A DNA stretch of 64,000 bases from Clostridiales bacterium UBA7011 (GTDB taxonomy: Bacteria > Bacillota > Clostridia > Oscillospirales > Butyricicoccaceae): assembly GCA_002449635.1 (NCBI GenBank), contig DJXF01000014.1, positions 13,374-77,373 on the forward strand, in the 5' to 3' direction. Made by a program: the position numbers and the translations under genes. The notes under the pieces are model-generated. The model was not told the DNA's origin. It saw nothing but the letters and a program-made list of their open reading frames with translations, and made no database searches. Below, in pieces: positions 9,691 to 19,267 of the stretch (its first letter is position 1; every line of letters begins with the position of its first letter).

Positions 9691-10251
9691 TCAGGGAAGA
9701 TAACCGAGGTGCTCGAGCAGAATTTTACATCCGATCAGAATGAGAACGACACCGCCAACCATCTCCGCGCGCGCTTTATAGCGCACACCGAACACGTGAC
9801 CGATTTTCAGCCCTCCGGCAGACAGCAGAAAGGTCGTGCAGCCGATAAACAGGACAGCCGGCAGAATATGAACCTGAAGAAAGGCAAATGTAACGCCGAC
9901 GGCGAGTGCGTCAATGCTTGTCGCAACAGCCAATGGCAGCATCGTCCGAAAGGAGAAGGAGTCATTGAGTTCGTCCGCATCGCTGCGTGACTCCAGAATC
10001 ATATTCGAACCGATGAGTGCGAGCAGGACAAAAGCAATCCAGTGATCGATGCTGACGATATAGCGCTGAAACTGCACACCGAGCACGAAACCGATGAGCG
10101 GCATGAGCGCCTGAAAACTGCCGAAATATGCGCCGACAATACAGGCATGCCGCAGCTGCAGCCGCCGTACAGACAGTCCCTTACAGACGGAAACCGCAAA
10201 GGCATCCATTGACAGACCGACGGCGAGAAGGAAAAGTTCAAGAAAAGACAT
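9691..10251 (-). CDS. mntP: Manganese efflux pump MntP
   Basis: [10 protein letters not shown] and [10 protein letters not shown] repeats, DHWIAF, six hydrophobic segments; AGGAG RBS before ATG 10251. Confidence 0.92.
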   Translation of the reverse strand: MSFLELFLLAVGLSMDAFAVSVCKGLSVRRLQLRHACIVGAYFGSFQALMPLIGFVLGVQFQRYIVSIDHWIAFVLLALIGSNMILESRSDADELNDSFSFRTMLPLAVATSIDALAVGVTFAFLQVHILPAVLFIGCTTFLLSAGGLKIGHVFGVRYKARAEMVGGVVLILIGCKILLEHLGYLP

Positions 10252-10382
10252 GTTGTTTGCTCCTGGGAGAATGAGGGTGAAAATCGATGATACATACCCG
10301 AAACGATAACGCGCTGTGCCGCTGTCCCACAGATATCCCGCCGGGGCGGAAAGCAGCCCCTCACGCATTACACTTAAAGTTT

Positions 10383-10411
10383 ACCATATCATGAACTGCA
10401 GTATGTGTCAA
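10383..10411 (-). promoter_or_regulatory. SigA-type promoter of mntP
   Basis: TTGACA-17-TATGGT on minus strand, giving an ~125-nt leader. Confidence 0.6.
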
Positions 10412-10638
10412 GCGGGAGTTTTTTTCAAAAATTTACCGCACAAGTGCAGCCGGAGAGGCAGACGGAACAATCTGCGTGATATTGTAATATAGCAAAAACG
10501 GGAAAAATCATGAGGATGGAAGAAAAAGGGTATTCGATAGAAAAAATCGGCTGAATAATGGGAACAAATGTCAATTTTCACGCTCTGAATAGAAAAAAAT
10601 GTTAAGGGGATTTTATCATGAAATTAGCATCCTCTTTG

Positions 10639-10667
10639 TTGATTTCTGTTTTTTGACATGATATACT
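10639..10667 (+). promoter_or_regulatory. SigA-type promoter
   Basis: TTGATT-17-TATACT with TG extended -10. Confidence 0.65.
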
Positions 10668-10714
10668 ATTTATAGTAAGTGTGGGTATCCTCGTTGCTGT
10701 GGGAGATGCGGAAA

Positions 10715-11647
10715 ATGAACTATAGAAAGAACAAAATGGAACGTCTGTCCCGCGTTGCACACATGTATTATGAAGAAGATCGGACACAGGGGGAAATTGC
10801 CGACAAGCTTCACGTTTCCCGTCCGCTCGTCAGCCGTATGCTGCGGGAAGCGCGCGACCTCGGAATCGTAGAGATTCGCGTACATCGGCCGGCGTTCGAC
10901 ACAGATGCACTGCTTTCGCGCGTGTGCCAGCGCTATGGCATTCAGGGCGGTGCGCTGATTCCGGACGCGGAGAGCAACAGTCTGTTCGACCACAATCTTG
11001 CGCAGAAGCTGCTGGAATACATCGAAACGGAGCAGCCGGAATCGCTGGGCATAGGCTGGGGTCCGGTCATCGGCTCCCTGACCTCGCTGCTCGAGCGTGT
11101 GCCGCCGCATCAGTCGGATATCCAGGTCGTGTGTCCGCTCATTGGCAACAGCAGCGTGTCCTACCGCCGATATCATACGGATGAAAATGTCCGCGTGATT
11201 GCGGAGAGCTTGTGTGCAAAGCCGAAATTTTTGTACACACCGGCCTTTCCGATCGACATGCAGGAGTGCAATCTGCTGCATGCGACCAGTCATTACCGCA
11301 TGATGGCGGCACAGTGGGATCATCTGGATATGGCGATTGTCGAAATCCGTGAGGTGACATCGGCTGTGGATGTCGATTGTCCGATTCCGCAGGACAGCCG
11401 CACAGTCGGCCACATTGTTGCTCATTCGTATGATGCGAACGGCCGAATTATTCAGCCTGATCCGAACTGTATGGTACATATTCCGGTGGAAAAATTGTCA
11501 AAGTGCCGGCAGGTGATCGGATTGTGTGCGGCGGATGTCAGTCCGCGCGCGCTTGCAGGCGCACTGCGCTCCGGCATTGTGACACATATTTTTGCACGGG
11601 AATCGCTGGTCGATGCCGTGATGGCGGACAAATGGAATTACGCCTGA
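10715..11647 (+). CDS. SorC/DeoR-type sugar-binding transcriptional regulator
   Basis: VAHMYYEEDRTQGEIADKLHVSRPLVSRMLREARDLGIVEI HTH; LGIGWG; sugar-binding C-terminal domain. Confidence 0.88.
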   Translation: MNYRKNKMERLSRVAHMYYEEDRTQGEIADKLHVSRPLVSRMLREARDLGIVEIRVHRPAFDTDALLSRVCQRYGIQGGALIPDAESNSLFDHNLAQKLLEYIETEQPESLGIGWGPVIGSLTSLLERVPPHQSDIQVVCPLIGNSSVSYRRYHTDENVRVIAESLCAKPKFLYTPAFPIDMQECNLLHATSHYRMMAAQWDHLDMAIVEIREVTSAVDVDCPIPQDSRTVGHIVAHSYDANGRIIQPDPNCMVHIPVEKLSKCRQVIGLCAADVSPRALAGALRSGIVTHIFARESLVDAVMADKWNYA

Positions 11648-11758
11648 TGCATCCCTTGTAAAAGAAACAAAGCAATAGTAGAAAGAACGTCCGTATCCGT
11701 TTGTCTTTTCACACCGGATACGGACAATTTTTTTTGGAAAAACAGGAAAAACGCCCTG

Positions 11759-12166
11759 TTATTCTGCGGAGGGACACAGCAAATGGCCGTCCTCCTGACC
11801 GAACAATGTCTCTGCCAGCTTTCCGTCGCGTATGATGAGCACATGAATCGGGGTATACTCCTGAATACAGTGGTGGATGACATGTGCGGTGCCGCGCGAA
11901 CGCCCATCCCAAAGGGCGAGTACGTAGTCGCTGTACCGAACGATCTGGATGTTGCGCTGCAGCGGAGCCGATTTTCCGCCGCGCGTATAGTCCGGACGAA
12001 ACACTTTCAGCGGCAGACTGGCGCGGCGTGCATATTCCGCCGCAAGCTGATCCGCGCCCTCTGCGCCGCCGCTTACGATTTCGCTTGCCCCGCGCGGAAT
12101 AAAGCGCACCATATCCTCATAGGCATCCATGGTAATGGAACGAGAGCCGATGATAGCGACTCGCAT
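11759..12166 (-). CDS. Stand-alone SLOG-superfamily protein (DUF2493/YspA-like)
   Basis: RVAIIGSR, IVSGGAEGAD, APLQRN, LALWDGRSRGT motifs; GGGGGG RBS-like run. Confidence 0.82.
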   Translation of the reverse strand: MRVAIIGSRSITMDAYEDMVRFIPRGASEIVSGGAEGADQLAAEYARRASLPLKVFRPDYTRGGKSAPLQRNIQIVRYSDYVLALWDGRSRGTAHVIHHCIQEYTPIHVLIIRDGKLAETLFGQEDGHLLCPSAE

Positions 12167-12251
12167 ACAATCCCCCCGTTTCTAAAAAATATCTGACGCA
12201 AATGCCGCCGGACTGCGCCTGCGGCGCTCTTAAAAAACTGATTTTTGCCGC

Positions 12252-12350
12252 AAAAAAATGGAATGCATACCGTATTTCCGGTTTTTTATACGCATTCTGA
12301 CGCAGCCCTTCGGGTGAAATTGCACCTGCCGAAGGATGCGGTACTGCCAT
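12252..12350 (-). promoter_or_regulatory. Candidate attenuator/riboswitch-like leader or sRNA upstream of SLOG gene
   Basis: Stem 12301-12340, second stem 12261-12297 followed by U7, downstream of a TTGTTT-17-TATAGT promoter (12356-12384). Confidence 0.45.
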
Positions 12351-12523
12351 AAAATACTATAACAGAGATCAGGGGATAAAACAACAGAAAACCGTGTCGT
12401 GCAGACATTTCCGACAGTGGCGAACTGCAGACAGGGCGGGCAGGCTCTGCCCGTGCATCCAGACAAACGCACGAATGTGACCGCGGCAATGCGGTCACGC
12501 TAAAGGCGAAAGGAGTGGATGCA

Positions 12524-13537
12524 ATGCAAAACAAAAAAATGGCACGCAGCCTGACGAGCGGATTGCTTGTGCTGTGCCTGCTCACGTTCGGCACGGCGCG
12601 TGCCGCGGCGCGCGAGCTGGTCCCGCTGGGAATACCGACCGGCGTGCGCATGACGGCAGCCGGCGTTGTCATTTCGGCGATGAATCCGGTGGACAGTCCC
12701 GCGGGCGCAGTTTGTCCGGGTGAACAGGCAGGACTGCAGGCGGGAGATATTTTGCAGACAGCCGCAGGTGTTTCGCTCACTTCGAGCGATGATCTGGCGC
12801 GCATTGTGCGGCAAAGCGGCGGCAGACCGATAAAAGTGACCGGTCTGCGCGGTGAAACGCAGATGGAAGCCGCCGTACAGCCGGTGCGAAGCAGAGCCGG
12901 AGGAACGTATCAGATCGGGCTGCTTGTGCGGGACAGTATGGCGGGCATCGGCACACTGACGTATGTCGATCCGGGGACCGGTGCGTTTGGTGCACTCGGT
13001 CACCCCGTGAGCGATATCGACAGCGGTGCGCTGCTGCCGCTCTCCGACGGTTCGATTGTACCCGCTGCTGTCGTCGGCGTTGTCGCGGGCGAAGCGGGAA
13101 CACCGGGTGAACTGATTGGCACGTACGAATTTTCGCGCGAGCTCGGCAGGCTGGAAACAAACACAGCCTGCGGCATTTTCGGCACGCTGAGCGACCGCTC
13201 GCTGTACGATGCAGCGGATGCCGTGCAGACTGCGGGCGAGGCTGAAATTCATGTCGGACAGGCAGAAATTCTGACCTGCGTGTCGGGCAGCAGGCCTGTG
13301 CGGTATCAGATTACTGTCGAAAAAGTTCAGCCGAATGCGTCCGATGGTCGATCGATGGAAATTCGTGTGACGGATCCGGCGCTGCTCAAACAGACCGGCG
13401 GCATCGTACCCGGAATGAGCGGAAGTCCGATTTTGCAGGACGGAAAACTGATCGGTGCGGTGACACATGTGCTTGTAAACAACCCGGCTCGCGGTTTTGC
13501 GGTCAGTATTGACAAAATGCTTGAAAAAATCGCGTAA
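12524..13537 (+). CDS. spoIVB: SpoIVB peptidase (S55, PDZ domain)
   Basis: RDSMAGIGTLTY, GALGH, GGIVPGMSGSPILQDGKLIGAVTHV; directly upstream of spo0A. Confidence 0.93.
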   Translation: MQNKKMARSLTSGLLVLCLLTFGTARAAARELVPLGIPTGVRMTAAGVVISAMNPVDSPAGAVCPGEQAGLQAGDILQTAAGVSLTSSDDLARIVRQSGGRPIKVTGLRGETQMEAAVQPVRSRAGGTYQIGLLVRDSMAGIGTLTYVDPGTGAFGALGHPVSDIDSGALLPLSDGSIVPAAVVGVVAGEAGTPGELIGTYEFSRELGRLETNTACGIFGTLSDRSLYDAADAVQTAGEAEIHVGQAEILTCVSGSRPVRYQITVEKVQPNASDGRSMEIRVTDPALLKQTGGIVPGMSGSPILQDGKLIGAVTHVLVNNPARGFAVSIDKMLEKIA

Positions 13538-13674
13538 ATCGTCGTTGAAAGTCGAACGATTATTATGAAGAAATAGAGAAAATTCGTTGTCTTATTTCGG
13601 AAAATATGGTAATCTAAAACCGTCGTAAAGACGGCAAATTATTACGGATATGCTGGAAGGCAGGGAATGACATC

Positions 13675-14451
13675 ATGGAGAACAGAATTCGTGTGCTGAT
13701 TGCCGACGAAGATGCGGAATTTCGCAGGATACTGGGCGAAACACTGACGAAAGAAAGCGGCGCGGAAATCGTCGGATCGTTTTCGTCGGGCAAGGGATTG
13801 GCACAGCAGCTCTTGGACAGTGCGCCGGACGTACTGATCATCGACCCGTTGCTGCCGGGTGTGGACGGATTGACCGTTCTGAGAGAGCTAAACGACGCAG
13901 CGCCGGCAAAAATGCCGGTTATTTTTGTCCTGAGCGGCTTCGCCTCACAGGAAACCACAGCGGAGTGCAACGCACTCGGCGTCAGCTTTTATCTGCGCAA
14001 GCCGGTGGATGTGCAGGCATTGGCGCAGCGCGTCAGCCGCTATGGCGGACAGCGCAATTTTTCGCGCACGGCGGCGGTGCGTCTGCCCAACGAGGATCTG
14101 GAGATTGAAATGCGCGTCACCAATATCATCCACCAGATCGGCGTACCGGCGCACATCAAGGGATATCAATATCTGCGGGAAGCCATTATTATGACAATTC
14201 ACGACATGGAAGCCATCAATGCCATCACAAAGATATTATATCCCACTGTGGCAAAAAAATTCAAAACGACATCCTCTCGTGTGGAACGCGCCATCCGCCA
14301 TGCCATTGAAGTTGCATGGGATCGCGGCGATGTTGACACGCTGCAGGAATATTTCGGCTTTACCGTATCCGGGACAAAGGGAAAGCCGACAAACAGCGAA
14401 TTCATTTCCATGGTTGCCGACCGGCTGCGGCTGGAGCTGAAGATCGGCTGA
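13675..14451 (+). CDS. spo0A: Sporulation master regulator Spo0A
   Basis: Receiver domain plus [40 protein letters not shown]. Confidence 0.97.
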   Translation: MENRIRVLIADEDAEFRRILGETLTKESGAEIVGSFSSGKGLAQQLLDSAPDVLIIDPLLPGVDGLTVLRELNDAAPAKMPVIFVLSGFASQETTAECNALGVSFYLRKPVDVQALAQRVSRYGGQRNFSRTAAVRLPNEDLEIEMRVTNIIHQIGVPAHIKGYQYLREAIIMTIHDMEAINAITKILYPTVAKKFKTTSSRVERAIRHAIEVAWDRGDVDTLQEYFGFTVSGTKGKPTNSEFISMVADRLRLELKIG

Positions 14452-14513
14452 TCCTGAGAGTATCATAGAATCCCTTCTCTTTACGCCTGAGCCGCGAACA
14501 GCTTTTCCGCGGT

Positions 14514-16421
14514 TCAAGGTGTATTTTTTTGCGCATAATAATCGCTCTTGAGCAGGAGATTGCTGATCTCAATAAAATCCTGTGCATATTTGTTCTGTTT
14601 TGTCAAATCCGTCTGCGCCGCTGCGCCCTCATAAAACTCGTAGCTCACGCTTCCGTTTTCGCAGACCACATAGTTGTCAATCCAGCTGCCGTCGCTGAAA
14701 ATTGCACAGCCGGCATAGTCGGGATCAAAGGCATCCCGGCCGAGATACGGGATATCCGATGTCAGGCCGAACAGGTTGAGAAGTGTCGGTGCGATATCGG
14801 CGGTATGAATCGTTTTGTCGACGGTCATCGGCGTCAGGTCTGACGACCAGATGAAAAACGGTGTTTTTTCGATCATCAGGTCGACAGGGACATCGGACAG
14901 CTCGCGAACCCGGTCCTGATCCTTCATTGTATAGGAATAATGATCGGTAAAACCGATGATGACGGTGTTTTCCAGCAGGTTGTCCTGCTTGAGCTGATCG
15001 ATCAGCTGTGCGAAAAAGTCATCGAGCAGTTTCATTTTCGCGTAGTAATAGCCCACTTCATCGCATTTGTCAATTCCCTTGAACTGAGGATATTTTTGGA
15101 TGGCATACCGTGAGACGGAGTCCTGTGAGGAATAGGGCATATGCGCGTTGCGCGAGATGATAAATTGAAAAAACGGCGTTTTGCCGAGCAGCTCCTGGCG
15201 CATTTCGGGATTGGTCACCACAAAGGAATCCTCATACAGTTCTTCGGAAAACGAATTTTTGTGATCCGCATAGTTCGGATAGTCTGAATAGGAAAAATAA
15301 TTTTCATAGCCCATAGCGGGATCCATCACACCGCGGCTGTAAAAGGACGGGAGGTTGTAATGGAACGCATTTGCAGTATAACCCGCCCGCCGGAACGTAT
15401 TCGGCAGACTTTCATTAAAATGATTGTTGCAGTAGGAAAAGGTGAGGCTGCCGTCTGTCGGAGAATAGATGCCGGTGTTGGCCGCAAATTCCGAGTTAAA
15501 GGTGCGCACGCTTCCGTACAGGGGCGTGTACATATTGCTGAATGAAATGCCCTCTCGCATCAGGCGGCAGAGCGTCGGCGTGACCTGCTCGCTGATTGTC
15601 CAGTCATCCGCGCTTTCCATGAGCACAAGGATAACATTTTTTCCCGCAAAACGGCCGGTCATATCGTTGGGCTTTGACTGACCGCGTTCGGCAAAATACG
15701 ATTCGATTTTTGCGAGCCGCTGTGTCTCCTCCGAGCGGTTTTCCGGCAGCTGCGGTTCGATCAGGTGAACCCAGACATCCCGCCCGGCTGCGTGGTACAG
15801 ACCGCAGAGGGAGTAGACCTTGTGTGCATCATACATGAGATCATAAGCACGGCGCAGAGATTTTGCGGCAAAATAGTCCGTGTCGAGCCCCCGCGCCTGG
15901 TTGTCCTCCGCACAGGAGGCATTGAGCAGATCGGGCAGTGCTGCGACGGCAGTCAGGGCACAGACGGCATAAATCAGAACGCGAAAACGGCTCACTTTGA
16001 CAGCGGGACGCATCAGGCACGCGAGTATGCCCCAGACAAGCAGCAGCAGGACGCTGACGACAAAGCCGGCGGACAGATAGTCGAATGCCGAGTCGGCGAA
16101 CGCCGCGCCGTCGCGCAGATAGCGCAGGTCGTTGAGCCACATGAATTTACCGAAAATCCGGAAGTATCCGGCTTGAACAGCTGCGAGTACCGCGGAGAAA
16201 TAATAGAGCAGAACAAACAAAATGCGCGCAGGCTTTTGCGGCAGGAGGAACAGAAATCCGGCGAGAATTCCTGCCCAGATGGCGGAAAATGCCAGCGCAT
16301 ACGCGGAAACATCGGTAAACAGATATAGAACAAGTTCCGGCAGCAGAAATGAAAGCCAGGGGATCAGAAACGCAGCGGCAGCTGTGCGGCAAAACCGGTG
16401 GAGCGCGGAGTGCTGTTGCAT
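14514..16421 (-). CDS. LTA synthase (LtaS)/sulfatase-family membrane protein
   Basis: About five N-terminal TM helices; NVILVLMES, RTFNSEF, AHMPY, FTDH, DIAPTLLNL. Confidence 0.87.
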   Translation of the reverse strand: MQQHSALHRFCRTAAAAFLIPWLSFLLPELVLYLFTDVSAYALAFSAIWAGILAGFLFLLPQKPARILFVLLYYFSAVLAAVQAGYFRIFGKFMWLNDLRYLRDGAAFADSAFDYLSAGFVVSVLLLLVWGILACLMRPAVKVSRFRVLIYAVCALTAVAALPDLLNASCAEDNQARGLDTDYFAAKSLRRAYDLMYDAHKVYSLCGLYHAAGRDVWVHLIEPQLPENRSEETQRLAKIESYFAERGQSKPNDMTGRFAGKNVILVLMESADDWTISEQVTPTLCRLMREGISFSNMYTPLYGSVRTFNSEFAANTGIYSPTDGSLTFSYCNNHFNESLPNTFRRAGYTANAFHYNLPSFYSRGVMDPAMGYENYFSYSDYPNYADHKNSFSEELYEDSFVVTNPEMRQELLGKTPFFQFIISRNAHMPYSSQDSVSRYAIQKYPQFKGIDKCDEVGYYYAKMKLLDDFFAQLIDQLKQDNLLENTVIIGFTDHYSYTMKDQDRVRELSDVPVDLMIEKTPFFIWSSDLTPMTVDKTIHTADIAPTLLNLFGLTSDIPYLGRDAFDPDYAGCAIFSDGSWIDNYVVCENGSVSYEFYEGAAAQTDLTKQNKYAQDFIEISNLLLKSDYYAQKNTP

Positions 16422-16630
16422 AGGGGGAAACTTCCTTTCAAAAATCAACTGACGACATTTTATCAATTTGGAAAACCGCTGTCAATTTCCGGCGCGAAAA
16501 AATGCACGGCTTTGTCTGCCGAAAAATACAGACCTCCGCATTTATCACCGCCATTTTTGCCGCAATGACTGGTAATTCAGCCGGGAGGCATGCTATAATA
16601 AAAATGTTTACTGTGTGAGGAGGGCGAAGA

Positions 16631-19264
16631 ATGAAGCTGATGGTAATTGACGGCAACAGTATGCTCAACCGCGCGTTTTACGGCGTCCGCCTGATGAGCA
16701 ACCACGAGGGTCTGTTTACCAATGCGGTGTACGGATTCGTGGCGACATTGCTCAAGCTGCAGGCCGACCATGCGCCGGACCGCATTGTTGTCTGCTTTGA
16801 TGTCAGAGAAAAGACATTCCGCCACAAGGAATATGAGGGATATAAGGGAACACGCAAGGGCATGCCGGACGAACTGGCGCAGCAGCTTCCGCTCATCCGT
16901 GAGGTTCTCGACGCGATGGGCATTCCGCGCATGGAGAAGCCGGGATTTGAGGCGGACGATTTGCTCGGCACGCTCAGCCGGCAGGCAAACGAGCGCGGCG
17001 ACAGCTGTCTGCTGGTGACGGGAGACAAGGACGCGCTGCAGCTCATCGGAGGCGGAACGTCTGTTTTGCTTGCAGTGACGCGCCGCGGACAGACCACCAC
17101 GACGGAATACACGACAGAGGTGTTCCGCGAGCAGTACGGCTTTGACCCGATCCATATGATTGATCTCAAGGCGCTGATGGGCGACACCTCGGACAACATT
17201 CCGGGCGTGCCCGGCATTGGCGAAAAGACCGCAATGGGGCTGATTCGGAAATTCCATACGGTACAGGCGGTGTACGACAATATTGACGATCCGTTTATCA
17301 AAAAGGGTCAGCGCACGCGCCTGCTGGACGGGCGGGACAGCGCAGAGCAGAGCCGCCATCTGGTGACGATTGTGCGCGATGTGCCGCTGGAAACAAATGT
17401 CGGAGACCTGCCGCCGATGCAAAGGGACGAGGCGGCGTTATATCAGCTGTTTACGCGGCTGGAGTTCAAGAATTTTCTCTCGCGCATGGACCTGCACGCG
17501 CCGGAGGAGGTCAGGCAGGCCGCACCCGAACGGGAGATCCGCCGCGTGCGGGAAGAGAGCGCACAGTCACTGCTCGCGGCACTGGAGGGAACGGATTCGG
17601 TCGTTCTCACCGCACCGCAGTCGCTCTGCGCGGTCTGCCTGCTGGAAAACAACACGGCGCATCTGCTGCGCGCCGATCAGGTTGGCACGCAGGCATGGCA
17701 TGAACTGCTCGTTCAGCTGTTTTCGGGACGCTATTTGCTGACCGTGCACGATGGCAAGCCGTATCTGACCGCTCTGCTCGAGGAGGGCATCGAGCCGGCG
17801 GACTTTGCCTTTGACACGGCGCTGGGCGCGTATCTGCTCAATCCCGCGGAAAACGGCTATGCGCTGGAGAAGGTGGCGTTGGGCTATTTGCAGCGTGAGC
17901 TTCCGCCCGCGTCTGACTACGAGGCGGACGATGCGTTTTCTCCGCTCGGCGGGGAACAGGCGGCGGAACAGACGCTGTGCGCACATGCCGCCGCAGTTGC
18001 GCAGCTGGCGGAAATCATTGCCCCGAAAATTGACGAGGAGGGCATGCACACGCTGTATTATGAGATCGAGCTGCCGCTTGAAATGGTGCTTGCTTCGATG
18101 CAGCACATCGGCTTTCAGGCGGATGCCGACGCCCTGCGCGCCTTTGGCGAAAAGCTGTCCGCCCGCATTGATGAACTGACCGCGCAGATTTACGAGCAGG
18201 CGGGACATGCGTTCAACATTCAATCCACGCGCAATCTCGGCACAGTCCTGTTCGATGAGCTCGGGCTTCCGGTCATTAAAAAGACAAAGACAGGCTATTC
18301 CACCAACATTGATGTGCTCGAGGCACTCAAAGGATATCATCCGCTGGTCGGCATGGTCATCGAATACCGGCAGCTGACCAAGCTGCGCTCGACGTATGTG
18401 GACGGTCTGCTCAAGGTCATCGGTGAGGACGGACGCATTCATTCGACGTTCCAGCAGATGGTGACCGCGACCGGACGGCTGAGTTCGGTCAATCCGAATC
18501 TGCAGAACATTCCGGTGCGGCAGGAGCTGGGAAGTGAGCTGCGGCACATGTTCGCGGCGAAAGACGGCTGTGTGCTCGTCGATGCGGATTATTCCCAGAT
18601 CGAGCTGCGTGTCCTCGCGCATATTGCAGGGGACGAGGCGATGATTGAGGCCTTTCGTTCCGGCATGGACATCCATGCGGCGACTGCGGCGCAGGTGTTC
18701 CATGTGCCGCCGGAGGAGGTCACGCCTGCCATGCGCCGTTCGTCCAAGGCGGTCAATTTCGGCATTGTCTACGGTATTTCCGCTTTCTCACTGGCAGGGG
18801 ATATCGGCGTATCGGTCAAGCAGGCGGGCGAATATATTGACAATTATCTGCGCGTCTATCACGGGGTGCGCGACTATATGGAATCCATCAAAAAACAGGC
18901 AAAGGAGGATGGCTATGTCAGCTCGATGTTCGGGCGCAGACGCTATCTGCCGGAGCTGAAATCGAAAAACTTCAACATCCGTTCGTTCGGCGAGCGCGTC
19001 GCGCTCAACACCCCGATTCAGGGAACGGCGGCAGATATCATTAAAATCGCAATGGTGCGCGTTTACCGCCGGCTGAAGGAGGAAAAGCTGCGCAGCCGTC
19101 TGATTCTGCAGGTGCACGACGAACTGATTCTCGAGACACCGCGGGAGGAAGCGGAACGCGCGGCACAGCTGCTGCGCGAGGAAATGGAAGCGGCGTGCAG
19201 GCTGTCTGTCCCGCTGCGCGCGGATGCCGCGTGGGGCACAGACTGGTATGCAGCGAAGGGGTAA
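16631..19264 (+). CDS. polA: DNA polymerase I
   Basis: IDGNSMLNRAFY 5' nuclease; TATGRLSS, DADYSQIELR, KAVNFGIVYG, QVHDE. Confidence 0.98.
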   Translation: MKLMVIDGNSMLNRAFYGVRLMSNHEGLFTNAVYGFVATLLKLQADHAPDRIVVCFDVREKTFRHKEYEGYKGTRKGMPDELAQQLPLIREVLDAMGIPRMEKPGFEADDLLGTLSRQANERGDSCLLVTGDKDALQLIGGGTSVLLAVTRRGQTTTTEYTTEVFREQYGFDPIHMIDLKALMGDTSDNIPGVPGIGEKTAMGLIRKFHTVQAVYDNIDDPFIKKGQRTRLLDGRDSAEQSRHLVTIVRDVPLETNVGDLPPMQRDEAALYQLFTRLEFKNFLSRMDLHAPEEVRQAAPEREIRRVREESAQSLLAALEGTDSVVLTAPQSLCAVCLLENNTAHLLRADQVGTQAWHELLVQLFSGRYLLTVHDGKPYLTALLEEGIEPADFAFDTALGAYLLNPAENGYALEKVALGYLQRELPPASDYEADDAFSPLGGEQAAEQTLCAHAAAVAQLAEIIAPKIDEEGMHTLYYEIELPLEMVLASMQHIGFQADADALRAFGEKLSARIDELTAQIYEQAGHAFNIQSTRNLGTVLFDELGLPVIKKTKTGYSTNIDVLEALKGYHPLVGMVIEYRQLTKLRSTYVDGLLKVIGEDGRIHSTFQQMVTATGRLSSVNPNLQNIPVRQELGSELRHMFAAKDGCVLVDADYSQIELRVLAHIAGDEAMIEAFRSGMDIHAATAAQVFHVPPEEVTPAMRRSSKAVNFGIVYGISAFSLAGDIGVSVKQAGEYIDNYLRVYHGVRDYMESIKKQAKEDGYVSSMFGRRRYLPELKSKNFNIRSFGERVALNTPIQGTAADIIKIAMVRVYRRLKEEKLRSRLILQVHDELILETPREEAERAAQLLREEMEAACRLSVPLRADAAWGTDWYAAKG

Positions 19265-19267
19265 TGT

